Shown here: piece after piece, positions 24,196 to 32,000 of the stretch
Layout of the letters: every line of letters begins with the position of its first letter
How positions within the stretch are numbered: position 1 is the first letter of the stretch
DNA from: an uncultured Alphaproteobacteria bacterium
Lineage (GTDB): Bacteria > Pseudomonadota > Alphaproteobacteria > Rs-D84
Direction: 5' to 3'
Assembly (NCBI GenBank): GCA_963931495.1
Contig: OZ007020.1
Span: forward strand, 926,619 to 958,618
Length of the DNA stretch: 32,000 bases
Position numbers and translations under genes: made by a program
Notes under the pieces: generated by a model
What the model was told of the DNA's origin: nothing
Databases searched by the model: none
The model's input: only the letters and a program-made list of their open reading frames with translations

Positions 24196-24220
24196 AAAAT
24201 CCCGTATAACGCGGGATTTT
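24196..24220. terminator. Bidirectional Rho-independent terminator
   Basis: 'aaaatcccg tataacg cgggatttt' is a 9-bp stem flanked by A- and T-runs. It lies immediately downstream of the proS stop (24223) and of the convergent plus-strand gene. Confidence 0.8.
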
Positions 24221-24222
24221 TA

Positions 24223-25659
24223 TTAATATGACTTTGCAACAAATACATATGTCGGATCGGCGTCATCCAAACAGCGCCGCGATATCTTGTATTTTTCAAC
24301 CAATTTATTAAATTGTTCATTCGTTGTTAAATCATATTTAATACGGAAAAATCCAATTTTTCCATCTGATAACCCAGATTCCAGTGCGTCCAGGTCCGCC
24401 ACGTCATGAATCAACGTCTTGTTACGGCGAACAACCGCATCATACATGTCTTGCTGGATTTGATTCAGCATATTTTGCACATCTGATACAAATGCGTCGG
24501 TCGCCATGGTCTGTTTAGACGATTTACCCAAATCACGACGGGTAACAGTGACATTATTTTCATCCATTTCACGCGCACCAATTTCAACACGTAATGGAAC
24601 GCCACGCTTAATCCATTTCCACATTTTATCCGGCGTACGCATATCAGACGTATCAACCAAAACACGAATGCCCGCATTAATTAAGCGTTCACCCAACTGT
24701 TCGGCGAATGAATTCAATTGTTCTGATGTGTCATCACGTGTGATTGGAATAATCACAACCTGGTACGGGGCGACGGCGGGTGGCAGTACCAATCCATCGT
24801 CATCAGAATGTGTCATAAACAAACTGCCCATCATGCGGGTTGATACCCCCCACGATGTTGTCCACGCATGTTTTAATACACCATCCGTATCCAGAAATTG
24901 AATTGAAAACGATTTTGCAAAATGTTGCCCAAGGTCATGCGATGTACCCGCCTGTAACGCGCGCCCATCTTGCATAATATGTTCCAGTGTATATGTATGA
25001 TCTGCACCGGCAAATCGTTCTTCGGGTGTTTTTTCGCCCATTATTGATGGAATTGCCAAAACATCACGCATATAATCGCCATATACACGATGCATTTTGC
25101 GGGCATCAGCATTTGCATCATCATGTGTGGCGAATACATTATGGCCTTCTTGCCAGTAAAATTCAGATGTGCGCAAGAACAGTCGCGGACGCATTTCCCA
25201 ACGCATAACATTTACCCATTGGTTTAATTTCATCGGCAAATCACGATACGATTGAACCCATCGTGACATTGCTTCGCCAATAATCGTTTCAGACGTTGGA
25301 CGAATTACGTACGGTTCTGTTAATTTTGCATCTGGGTCTGGTTGCAATGTGCCGTCAATCATTTTCAAGCGATAATGTGTGACAACGGCGGCTTCTTTGG
25401 CGAATCCGGCGACATGTTCCGCTTCGCGATTAAAAAAGTTAATCGGTATCAGCAATGGAAACTGTGCATTCTGTACACCGCACCGTTTAATACGCTGGTC
25501 CAGTGCATCGCGCATCAATTCCCATATCGCCCACCCATACGGCTTTATCGTCATGCACCCACGCACAGGTGCATTTTCCGCCAAATCCGCCGCAGTTATC
25601 AGATTTTGATACCATTCACTGAAATTTTCCGAACGTGTCGGGGTAATTGCTGTTTTCAT
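24223..25659 (-). CDS. proS: Proline--tRNA ligase, archaeal/eukaryote-like short type
   Basis: The N-terminus 'PTRSENFSEWYQNLITAADLAENAPVRGCMTIKPYGWAIWE' and the C-terminal domain ending in Tyr ('VFVAKSY') are typical of the insertion-less ProRS type exemplified by the Thermus enzyme. Length is 478 aa. Confidence 0.9.
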   Translation of the reverse strand: MKTAITPTRSENFSEWYQNLITAADLAENAPVRGCMTIKPYGWAIWELMRDALDQRIKRCGVQNAQFPLLIPINFFNREAEHVAGFAKEAAVVTHYRLKMIDGTLQPDPDAKLTEPYVIRPTSETIIGEAMSRWVQSYRDLPMKLNQWVNVMRWEMRPRLFLRTSEFYWQEGHNVFATHDDANADARKMHRVYGDYMRDVLAIPSIMGEKTPEERFAGADHTYTLEHIMQDGRALQAGTSHDLGQHFAKSFSIQFLDTDGVLKHAWTTSWGVSTRMMGSLFMTHSDDDGLVLPPAVAPYQVVIIPITRDDTSEQLNSFAEQLGERLINAGIRVLVDTSDMRTPDKMWKWIKRGVPLRVEIGAREMDENNVTVTRRDLGKSSKQTMATDAFVSDVQNMLNQIQQDMYDAVVRRNKTLIHDVADLDALESGLSDGKIGFFRIKYDLTTNEQFNKLVEKYKISRRCLDDADPTYVFVAKSY

Positions 25660-25673
25660 AACTGTAATCTCTT

Positions 25674-26501
25674 TTATTTTATTGGTCTGTTCTTTAATTC
25701 CATATATTTATCAGAAACAATTTTATGCAGTGTTTCTGCAATCTGCTTTCTGTCCATGCCCGCCAACGGCGGCGGCGGCAACACAGTTAATTCAACCGTA
25801 AATCCGCCCAGCATCATGATGTGAAAAACCTGGCCAAATGCACTGCGTTCGCGCGAACATTTTGGCCCCATATCTTGCTTGGCATTATCAAAGTATGCAA
25901 AATGTTCCGCCATATCAGCATCACTGATTACATCGCCATTGCGATAACGATAATTCATAACCAATGGTTGAACAACAACATTTGAATTTTCAACAAAATT
26001 GAACAGTGTACTCTTGAATGGCTTTACATATGCACCATTTGTTGTTGTCCCTTCTGGGAACAAGAAAATTGGATATGACACCGTTGTCAATGTATCTTGG
26101 ACCTGTTTTAGTGCATCAATGGCATGTGATGGACGACGATCAATAAAAACAACCCCAAACTTGCGCGATACCCATCCAACCAATGGCCATGATTCCATTT
26201 CTTTTTTGGCGATAAAACTGCCCCCCAAGGCAACTGGAAATGTCGCAATTTCAAAAATTGATATGTGATTAGATATTACCAATAATGGACGGTGTGACGA
26301 CAGTTTGCCGTGTACACGAATTTTTATACCCGCCAATACCAATAATATCCGCATAAAAAATCCCATGTATTTTACGGATAACCGACCGCGTGGTAATAAA
26401 AATATCACAGGCAACTGAACAACAACCAATATCCAAAATGTTGCAAATTTCAGTATCGCACCAAATGTGTTAAAAAAATTCTGGGGTCTGGGGTGTGTCA
26501 T
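25674..26501 (-). CDS. olsA: PlsC-family acyltransferase, probable lyso-ornithine-lipid O-acyltransferase
   Basis: It has an N-terminal TM segment. Acyltransferase motif I reads 'NHISIFE' (HX4E rather than HX4D) and motif III reads 'FPEGTT'. Its start overlaps the olsB-like stop in TAATG. Confidence 0.65.
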   Translation of the reverse strand: MTHPRPQNFFNTFGAILKFATFWILVVVQLPVIFLLPRGRLSVKYMGFFMRILLVLAGIKIRVHGKLSSHRPLLVISNHISIFEIATFPVALGGSFIAKKEMESWPLVGWVSRKFGVVFIDRRPSHAIDALKQVQDTLTTVSYPIFLFPEGTTTNGAYVKPFKSTLFNFVENSNVVVQPLVMNYRYRNGDVISDADMAEHFAYFDNAKQDMGPKCSRERSAFGQVFHIMMLGGFTVELTVLPPPPLAGMDRKQIAETLHKIVSDKYMELKNRPIK

Positions 26502-27460
26502 TATTCGCGTTCCCTGTCGTTGTCTTTGGAATCATCAATATATTCGGCATCGGCCGCATCTTCGCGCAACAAGAATTCCAAAAATGCACGCACAACACGG
26601 AAAGAGCCCGTCACCGGCAATAACATTATTTTTCCAACTGTTTTCAATGCGCCATCTTTGACATCCAAATGCGCCAAGGCATTTTCACGTCCCAAGAAAT
26701 GCTTTTGATACGCCGCATCAATTTTTTTAGTCTGGACCATCACAAATACATCGTATGAATTAAATGGTTTATCAATAAATACACCCTTGCCAAATGTGGC
26801 CCCCAGGCGCAAATAGCCCTTTATTAATGGTGTCATTTGACGACGGGCATCTGTTTCATCCACAAATTCACGTGGCAATATATTCATTCGTGATAATTTC
26901 TGATTTACGCCATCCGCAAAGTTTTCAGACAATACCGTCGCGCGCATGCTGATTGGTGATAAATGATTATAATACAGGTATGAAATCGCCTGGGCAGATT
27001 CAACCGGACGCGTTCCAACCCATGATGCAACACCAAATAAAACCGTTATTTTGCGGCGCACAACATATTCACCCAACCCCGCCCACAGCAATCGCATGAC
27101 CAACGCATTTTCACGATATTCACGTTTTACACATGCACGTGACATTTCTGCAATATTGCCGTCTATTTTTTTTATCTTGGCCAGATTAAATTCTGTTTCT
27201 GTATAAAAACTGCCCATTTTTTCGGCGGCATCGCGGTCAATGATACGATATGTCCCAACAATGTTTCCATTATGAAAAACCGCCAAATATTCAGCATATC
27301 TGTCATACGCATCATATTCTTCGCGCAATGCGCGCTGTTCGTCGGTTACGGATGCGCCCTCTTCTTCAACAAAAACTTCATAGCGCAATTGACGCACCTG
27401 GCGACGTTCATCTTTGTTACGTGTTAAACGAACTTCATAGTCACGAACCTTGATAGCCAT
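26501..27460 (-). CDS. olsB: GNAT-like (hemolysin-like) N-acyltransferase, probable ornithine-lipid synthase OlsB
   Basis: 'VRQLRYEVFVEEEGA' and the overall layout match the OlsB/Acetyltransf_5 family as I remember it. It is translationally coupled to a PlsC-type acyltransferase, which is the classic olsBA arrangement. Confidence 0.7.
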   Translation of the reverse strand: MAIKVRDYEVRLTRNKDERRQVRQLRYEVFVEEEGASVTDEQRALREEYDAYDRYAEYLAVFHNGNIVGTYRIIDRDAAEKMGSFYTETEFNLAKIKKIDGNIAEMSRACVKREYRENALVMRLLWAGLGEYVVRRKITVLFGVASWVGTRPVESAQAISYLYYNHLSPISMRATVLSENFADGVNQKLSRMNILPREFVDETDARRQMTPLIKGYLRLGATFGKGVFIDKPFNSYDVFVMVQTKKIDAAYQKHFLGRENALAHLDVKDGALKTVGKIMLLPVTGSFRVVRAFLEFLLREDAADAEYIDDSKDNDRERE

Positions 27461-27532
27461 ACATAAAACCTTTTATTATTAAAAACACTATCAAGATTAT
27501 CAAAGAAAGCCGCTGTTTTCAATTATTTTTAT

Positions 27533-28612
27533 TTACTTTAATTCGTCGGCCAATGTTGCAATTGCAATTGCATACCAATTAGAATTATTCCACTTTTTTA
27601 TACGATAAAAATTTGGATACGTCAGATATGCATATATCACCGGTTGCGGCGCGATATCTGTATCAATTGCATTGGGGTCCGTGTAACTGGCCGCCGCACT
27701 GATTGCGGCATCACGCGACGCCTGGATTGTCTTGGTATCACCAACCAGTCCAGCAATCATCCCAGACGATGGCAATGGCGACCCGTCTTCATTTGTAACC
27801 CCCAGCATCGCCCATTCTGGTAATGATTTTTTTGTCTTGCCATCCAACAATGAAATGTCAAAATCTGCGGGTAATGCAACACGGCGCACAATACGTTCGT
27901 TCGGATTCCACCCCAGTTTGTTCAAGTAATTACCCGCACTGAACATCGCATCACCGACACTGTGTATTATATCAATTCGGCCATCGCCATTGCCGTCTGC
28001 ACCATATTGCTGTAACGTCGTCGGAATAAACTGAAAATGCCCCATTGCACCGGCCCAACTGCCCCGAATATCATTTATATCCAGATTATTATCATCGGCA
28101 ATTTTCATCAATGCCAACAACTGGTTACCGAAAAACGTTTCACGGCGCCCATCGTACATCAGCGTTAAAAACGCATCTGTCAATTTATGTGCAGCACGAT
28201 AAGAACCATAATTTGATTCCAGCCCCCAAAATGCCAATATAACATGCGGTTGGACCCCGTACCGCTGTTCAACCCGTGACAGCATCGTCGGGTACGTTGC
28301 ACGCATTTCACGCCCATTTTTTATGCGCCGCGAATTAACAGTACGCGCCAAATATTCATCTAATGTTAATGTGAATTCTGATTGGTTACGATCACTGCGC
28401 ACAATTGACGGGATAAACGCCGGTGACTTTAACGTGGCATCAATCATATCACGTGATATGTTTTGCGATGCAGCGCGCGATCGTACGTTATCCAGTATTG
28501 TATCCCACCGCGCCATGTCAAACACGCCACGTTCAGCACAAATTGCCGAACACGGTAAAAACACACACATTATTATCCCGCAAATGCGCGATACAATACA
28601 TTTGTTAATCAT
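27533..28612 (-). CDS. mltB: Lytic murein transglycosylase (MltB/SLT_2 family)
   Basis: 'ILAFWGLESNYGSY' contains the catalytic Glu context. 'GSWAGAMGHFQFIPTT' and 'DGNGDGRIDIIHSVGDAMFSAGNYLNKLGW' are hallmark MltB-family blocks. The N-terminus is signal-like. Confidence 0.8.
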   Translation of the reverse strand: MINKCIVSRICGIIMCVFLPCSAICAERGVFDMARWDTILDNVRSRAASQNISRDMIDATLKSPAFIPSIVRSDRNQSEFTLTLDEYLARTVNSRRIKNGREMRATYPTMLSRVEQRYGVQPHVILAFWGLESNYGSYRAAHKLTDAFLTLMYDGRRETFFGNQLLALMKIADDNNLDINDIRGSWAGAMGHFQFIPTTLQQYGADGNGDGRIDIIHSVGDAMFSAGNYLNKLGWNPNERIVRRVALPADFDISLLDGKTKKSLPEWAMLGVTNEDGSPLPSSGMIAGLVGDTKTIQASRDAAISAAASYTDPNAIDTDIAPQPVIYAYLTYPNFYRIKKWNNSNWYAIAIATLADELK

Positions 28613-28636
28613 AGGGCCGGCCCCCTTGTTTTGCGA

Positions 28637-30115
28637 TTAAAAAGAATATTTCAAGCCGACATGCAACCCAAACGACTGCCACGTTGCATGATCCAGTTGG
28701 TCCGTAACATATACTGTTTCAGCAGGTACCGTTTCCAAAATCGGCAAACCATTTTCATCCAGTACATACATGCCATTTTCGTCCAATAAAAAGTCTGTAT
28801 ATTCGGCCATATATAATTCGCCCCCAATTGCCCCAACATGGAACAGATTGGTATCAACCTTTATCGCCAACTGCATACGATCTGAAATTTGGTAACTGTA
28901 TTCCATTTCGGCGGCATATGAATACGCGCCATTGTTGCCTTCGTCAATAAAACTGGGGTTCTGTTGCCAATCTGTACGATTTGGCCACGTACCTTCGGAT
29001 GAATACTTTGGCAAACCAAACTGGACATAAAAGCGCAATTTATCCGCCAATGTCATCTGCTTTTCAATTTCCAGCCCGATATAAAAACCAGACCATGTGG
29101 TATTGTATATATGCGTGGTACCTTCAACCAATACAGGACCATCGCCACCGATAATCACACATTCCCCAGAATCAACACCCCACGGTATATATCCCATCGC
29201 CGGGTCATAATCGCCGGTGACCAGCGTCGTTCCCAAATCTGTTAACCCAGTGGCCGGCGCCTGGACCAATTTGATATCTTCGGGTGACATACACACCTGG
29301 TACCAATCATCGGGCGCGTCGGTTCCAATCGGCACAGTATAATAATGCCCCGACGTATCGCCGTATACATAATCGCCCTTGTCCGTCATCAATGGCAAAT
29401 AAATGCCCGGGTTCGGATACAAGTGATTAGACATTTCCAAGTTATGATTAAATATTTCATATCCAAATGATGGTGAAATTTTCCAACCACCTAAATCCCA
29501 TACATGATGCGCCCCAATACCAACACGCAGATGATTTGTACGCCCAGTCTGGTCGCCCACAGAAATTGTAAATATGCCATAATTTGGATCTTCGGCATAA
29601 TCAAACGGTTCCAAATCGTAATCCATTGACATGCCACCATGCGACATAAATCCCATGCTGTATTCACCATATGCGAACATGTCAAAATTACGTATGCTGA
29701 AATTATGATGAATTCCGACACCAATTTCGTTATATACCATATCGTCCCATTCCAAGACAGAATTCACACCGGTTTTGAATTCAAAATCCGCAAAACGCCG
29801 CGTGTACATCGCATAAATTGATGTTCTGTCTTCGGTTGGCATTGATATGCCGTTCGCCGTCATTGTTCCCATTGTTGTCGGGACAGATGGGCGTGGAACC
29901 TGGTACGAATAAGACTGTGACCCAACAATTTGCTTATTCCCAGACTGGCCCACATATTGGGTGTATCCCTGGCTGGCATATTGGCCGTACGCCGCCTGGT
30001 TCGCAGTAATTGTGTTATCAGTTTGATAGTATGATGGAACACCTTCGCTGCTGGCAGCAAAGGCACCAAATGGTGCAAAAAGTACACAGAAAAGCGATAT
30101 TTTCCCTGGTTTCAT
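28637..30115 (-). CDS. Large outer-membrane beta-barrel protein with a Tyr/Gln/Ser/Thr-rich N-terminal extension
   Basis: I moved the start to the ATG at 30115: 'MKPGKISLFCVLFAPFGAFA|ASSEG' (signal peptide). The C-terminal 'FGLHVGLKYSF' ends in Phe. Alternating strand pattern. Confidence 0.7.
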   Translation of the reverse strand: MKPGKISLFCVLFAPFGAFAASSEGVPSYYQTDNTITANQAAYGQYASQGYTQYVGQSGNKQIVGSQSYSYQVPRPSVPTTMGTMTANGISMPTEDRTSIYAMYTRRFADFEFKTGVNSVLEWDDMVYNEIGVGIHHNFSIRNFDMFAYGEYSMGFMSHGGMSMDYDLEPFDYAEDPNYGIFTISVGDQTGRTNHLRVGIGAHHVWDLGGWKISPSFGYEIFNHNLEMSNHLYPNPGIYLPLMTDKGDYVYGDTSGHYYTVPIGTDAPDDWYQVCMSPEDIKLVQAPATGLTDLGTTLVTGDYDPAMGYIPWGVDSGECVIIGGDGPVLVEGTTHIYNTTWSGFYIGLEIEKQMTLADKLRFYVQFGLPKYSSEGTWPNRTDWQQNPSFIDEGNNGAYSYAAEMEYSYQISDRMQLAIKVDTNLFHVGAIGGELYMAEYTDFLLDENGMYVLDENGLPILETVPAETVYVTDQLDHATWQSFGLHVGLKYSF

Positions 30116-30131
30116 ACCTACATTATTATGT

Positions 30132-30140
30132 ATTATATCA
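30132..30140 (-). promoter_or_regulatory. Extended -10 promoter element TGATATAAT preceded by T9
   Basis: The minus strand reads 'ggatttttttttaTGATATAATacataataatgtaggtATG', upstream of the 28637-30115 OMP gene. Confidence 0.45.
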
Positions 30141-30223
30141 TAAAAAAAAATCCATAAAAAGAGATTTTCTTTCATAATACATCAAACACTGGATTTTGTA
30201 CTTTTTTCATATAATATGTCAAT

Positions 30224-31282
30224 ATGATTCCAGAATATAACATATATGTTCATGTGCCATTTTGTTCATCAAAGTGCAATTATTGCGCATTCTTTTCGCA
30301 TGCATGCGCAAACCCAGACTGGGACCAATACGCCAATGGCATAATTTCAGAAATTAATTATTGGGGCAAAAAATTATGCGCCCCAGATGTTGCAACGGTG
30401 TTCTTTGGCGGCGGAACCCCATCACTGATGCCACCGCAATTTTTTGATAAAATATTAACTGCAATCAGAAAAAACTTTAATCTTGACCAGAATTGTGAAG
30501 TAACACTGGAATCTAATCCTGGAACAATCAATCACGACAGACTGGTTGATTTCTGTAATGCTGGGGTCACGCGACTGTCTGTGGGGGTACAATCATTAAG
30601 TGATGAAAAATTAAAATTCTTGGGGCGACGTCACACCGTCAAAGACGCCATGAATTTGATAAGTGATGCGATTAAGCAAAACATTCGCCTGTCTGCGGAT
30701 TTTATATATGGCATGCCACATGATACAACGGATGACATTATTAAAATGTGCCAAGATATAAATTCAATCGGACTGCGGCATTGTTCGCTGTATGAATTGA
30801 CATTGGAACCCAACACTGTATTTGGGAAAATGAATCTTGATATGCCTTCAAACACAGAAATGGCCGACATGTACATGGCAATTGATGATACACTGGACCT
30901 GCAACGATACGAAGTATCAAACTATGCCGCCCCTGGATTTGAATGCGCGCACAACCAAAACGTATGGGATGGCGCACCATACATAGGCATCGGACGCGGG
31001 GCCGCCGGACGAATAAAAATTGGAAATCAGTGGTACGAGCAAATGGGCAACAATGAAGTATTTGCAAAAATTGATTCAAAAACACGCGCCATTGAAAGAA
31101 TAATAACTGGCATGCGCCAGGTTCGTGGTGTAAAACTTGACCCAGGTATACAAAAAGTGATAAATATGGATTTCGTTACATCAAACCCAGAATTACTGAA
31201 TATAACAACAGATAATCGCATTGCCGCAACAAAACAGGGAATGTTGATTTTGGACGATATAATATTAAATATGACGAGGTAG
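30224..31282 (+). CDS. hemW: Radical SAM heme chaperone HemW (HemN-like, oxygen-independent coproporphyrinogen oxidase family)
   Basis: 'YVHVPFCSSKCNYCAFFS' is the CxxxCxxC radical-SAM motif in the HemW/HemN context. 'FFGGGTPSLM' is present. Length is 352 aa. Confidence 0.85.
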   Translation: MIPEYNIYVHVPFCSSKCNYCAFFSHACANPDWDQYANGIISEINYWGKKLCAPDVATVFFGGGTPSLMPPQFFDKILTAIRKNFNLDQNCEVTLESNPGTINHDRLVDFCNAGVTRLSVGVQSLSDEKLKFLGRRHTVKDAMNLISDAIKQNIRLSADFIYGMPHDTTDDIIKMCQDINSIGLRHCSLYELTLEPNTVFGKMNLDMPSNTEMADMYMAIDDTLDLQRYEVSNYAAPGFECAHNQNVWDGAPYIGIGRGAAGRIKIGNQWYEQMGNNEVFAKIDSKTRAIERIITGMRQVRGVKLDPGIQKVINMDFVTSNPELLNITTDNRIAATKQGMLILDDIILNMTR

Positions 31283-31287
31283 CCACA

Positions 31288-32000
31288 ATGCAACATAAAC
31301 TGTTAAACATAATCGGCATCATCATACTGTTCGTGGCAATTACGATTGTATATTTCTTGCCGACACCAAAGGAGAAAATTATGAACACAGGCATAAAGCC
31401 AGAAAACATGGATTTATCAGTAAAACCCGGCGATGATTTTTATGACTATGCAACGTATGGGTGGCGCAAATCACACCCAATTCCAAATGACTATACACGA
31501 TATGGTGCATTTGAAGTATTGCATGACACGAATTTGCATCGTGTGCGCGAAATTGCCGAAAATGATACAGGAAAAATCGGCACACTGTACAAAATCGTAA
31601 TGGACACAGAAAAATTAAATGCCGATGGCGTAAGCCCCGTTAAACCATACCTGGACGAAATTGATAACATTAAATCTGTGTCTGATTTACCGGCATACTT
31701 GGGAAAAATGCATGCGTTTTCATCTGCGTTCTGGGGCGATGGTGTCGGGCTGGATGAAAAAAACAGTGAATACTATCTGTACAATATCGGCCAAGGTGGC
31801 ACAGGACTGTCACGCGACTATTATTTTGACGACGATGAAAAGTCCCGTGAAATACGCACAAAATATCGTGAATATATTGCAAAGCAATTAAAAAATTTTG
31901 GTGTTGATGCAGATGCCGATGAAATATATGCAACCGAAGAACGTATGGCACGGGCGTTTTATCCCAAAGAAAAACTGCGTGATCCAAATGCGAATTATCA
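31288..32000 (+). CDS. M13 family metallopeptidase (PepO/neprilysin-like), 3'-truncated by the window edge
   Basis: This ORF is not in the track because it runs off the window. The ATG at 31288 has a GAGG RBS. An N-terminal TM anchor 'LLNIIGIIILFVAITIVYF' is followed by 'DLSVKPGDDFYDYATYGWRKSHPIPNDYTRYGAFEVL', the characteristic M13 N-terminal block. The frame stays open to base 32000. Confidence 0.8.
   Translation, partial: MQHKLLNIIGIIILFVAITIVYFLPTPKEKIMNTGIKPENMDLSVKPGDDFYDYATYGWRKSHPIPNDYTRYGAFEVLHDTNLHRVREIAENDTGKIGTLYKIVMDTEKLNADGVSPVKPYLDEIDNIKSVSDLPAYLGKMHAFSSAFWGDGVGLDEKNSEYYLYNIGQGGTGLSRDYYFDDDEKSREIRTKYREYIAKQLKNFGVDADADEIYATEERMARAFYPKEKLRDPNANY

Overview
This is a moderately AT-rich chromosomal window from a diderm (outer-membrane-bearing) bacterium of uncertain lineage. 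I call 32 protein-coding genes, two of them cut by the window edges. I also call one probable pseudogene remnant, two tRNAs (Ser-UGA and Thr-UGU), and several clear Rho-independent, often bidirectional, terminators. No rRNA, CRISPR array, transposase, integrase or phage gene is visible. Most of the content is housekeeping or envelope biology. Translation and redox genes are glyQS, proS, lgt, a BI-1/YccA protein, a clostridial-type 2x[4Fe-4S] ferredoxin, ldh, sodB, hemW, a U32 peptidase and an M13 peptidase. Envelope genes are an MdoB/LtaS-like transferase next to dgkA, an olsB-olsA ornithine-lipid pair, mltB, cvpA, a periplasmic CPHC thioredoxin-fold protein and at least four beta-barrel outer-membrane proteins. 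The least ordinary part is the left third (about 1.4-5.1 kb), which abuts the 3' end of tRNA-Ser. It holds a membrane-anchored NERD nuclease-like protein, a DUF488 protein, and a 552-aa protein that fuses a PcfJ-like domain to four near-identical 40-aa LRR/pentapeptide-like repeats. A (TG)5-G10 tract sits upstream of that gene and may be phase-variable. Other points worth a second look: a three-gene exported-protein cluster at 9.2-13.3 kb (a glycine-zipper-rich secreted protein plus two beta-barrels); a roughly 240-nt GC-richer, hairpin-rich intergenic region at 17.44-17.68 kb that may encode an sRNA or a structured leader; a recurring T-tract + TGATATAAT extended -10 promoter signature; and a MerR-family gene remnant. 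All functional calls rest on motif recognition by eye. No database search was run.
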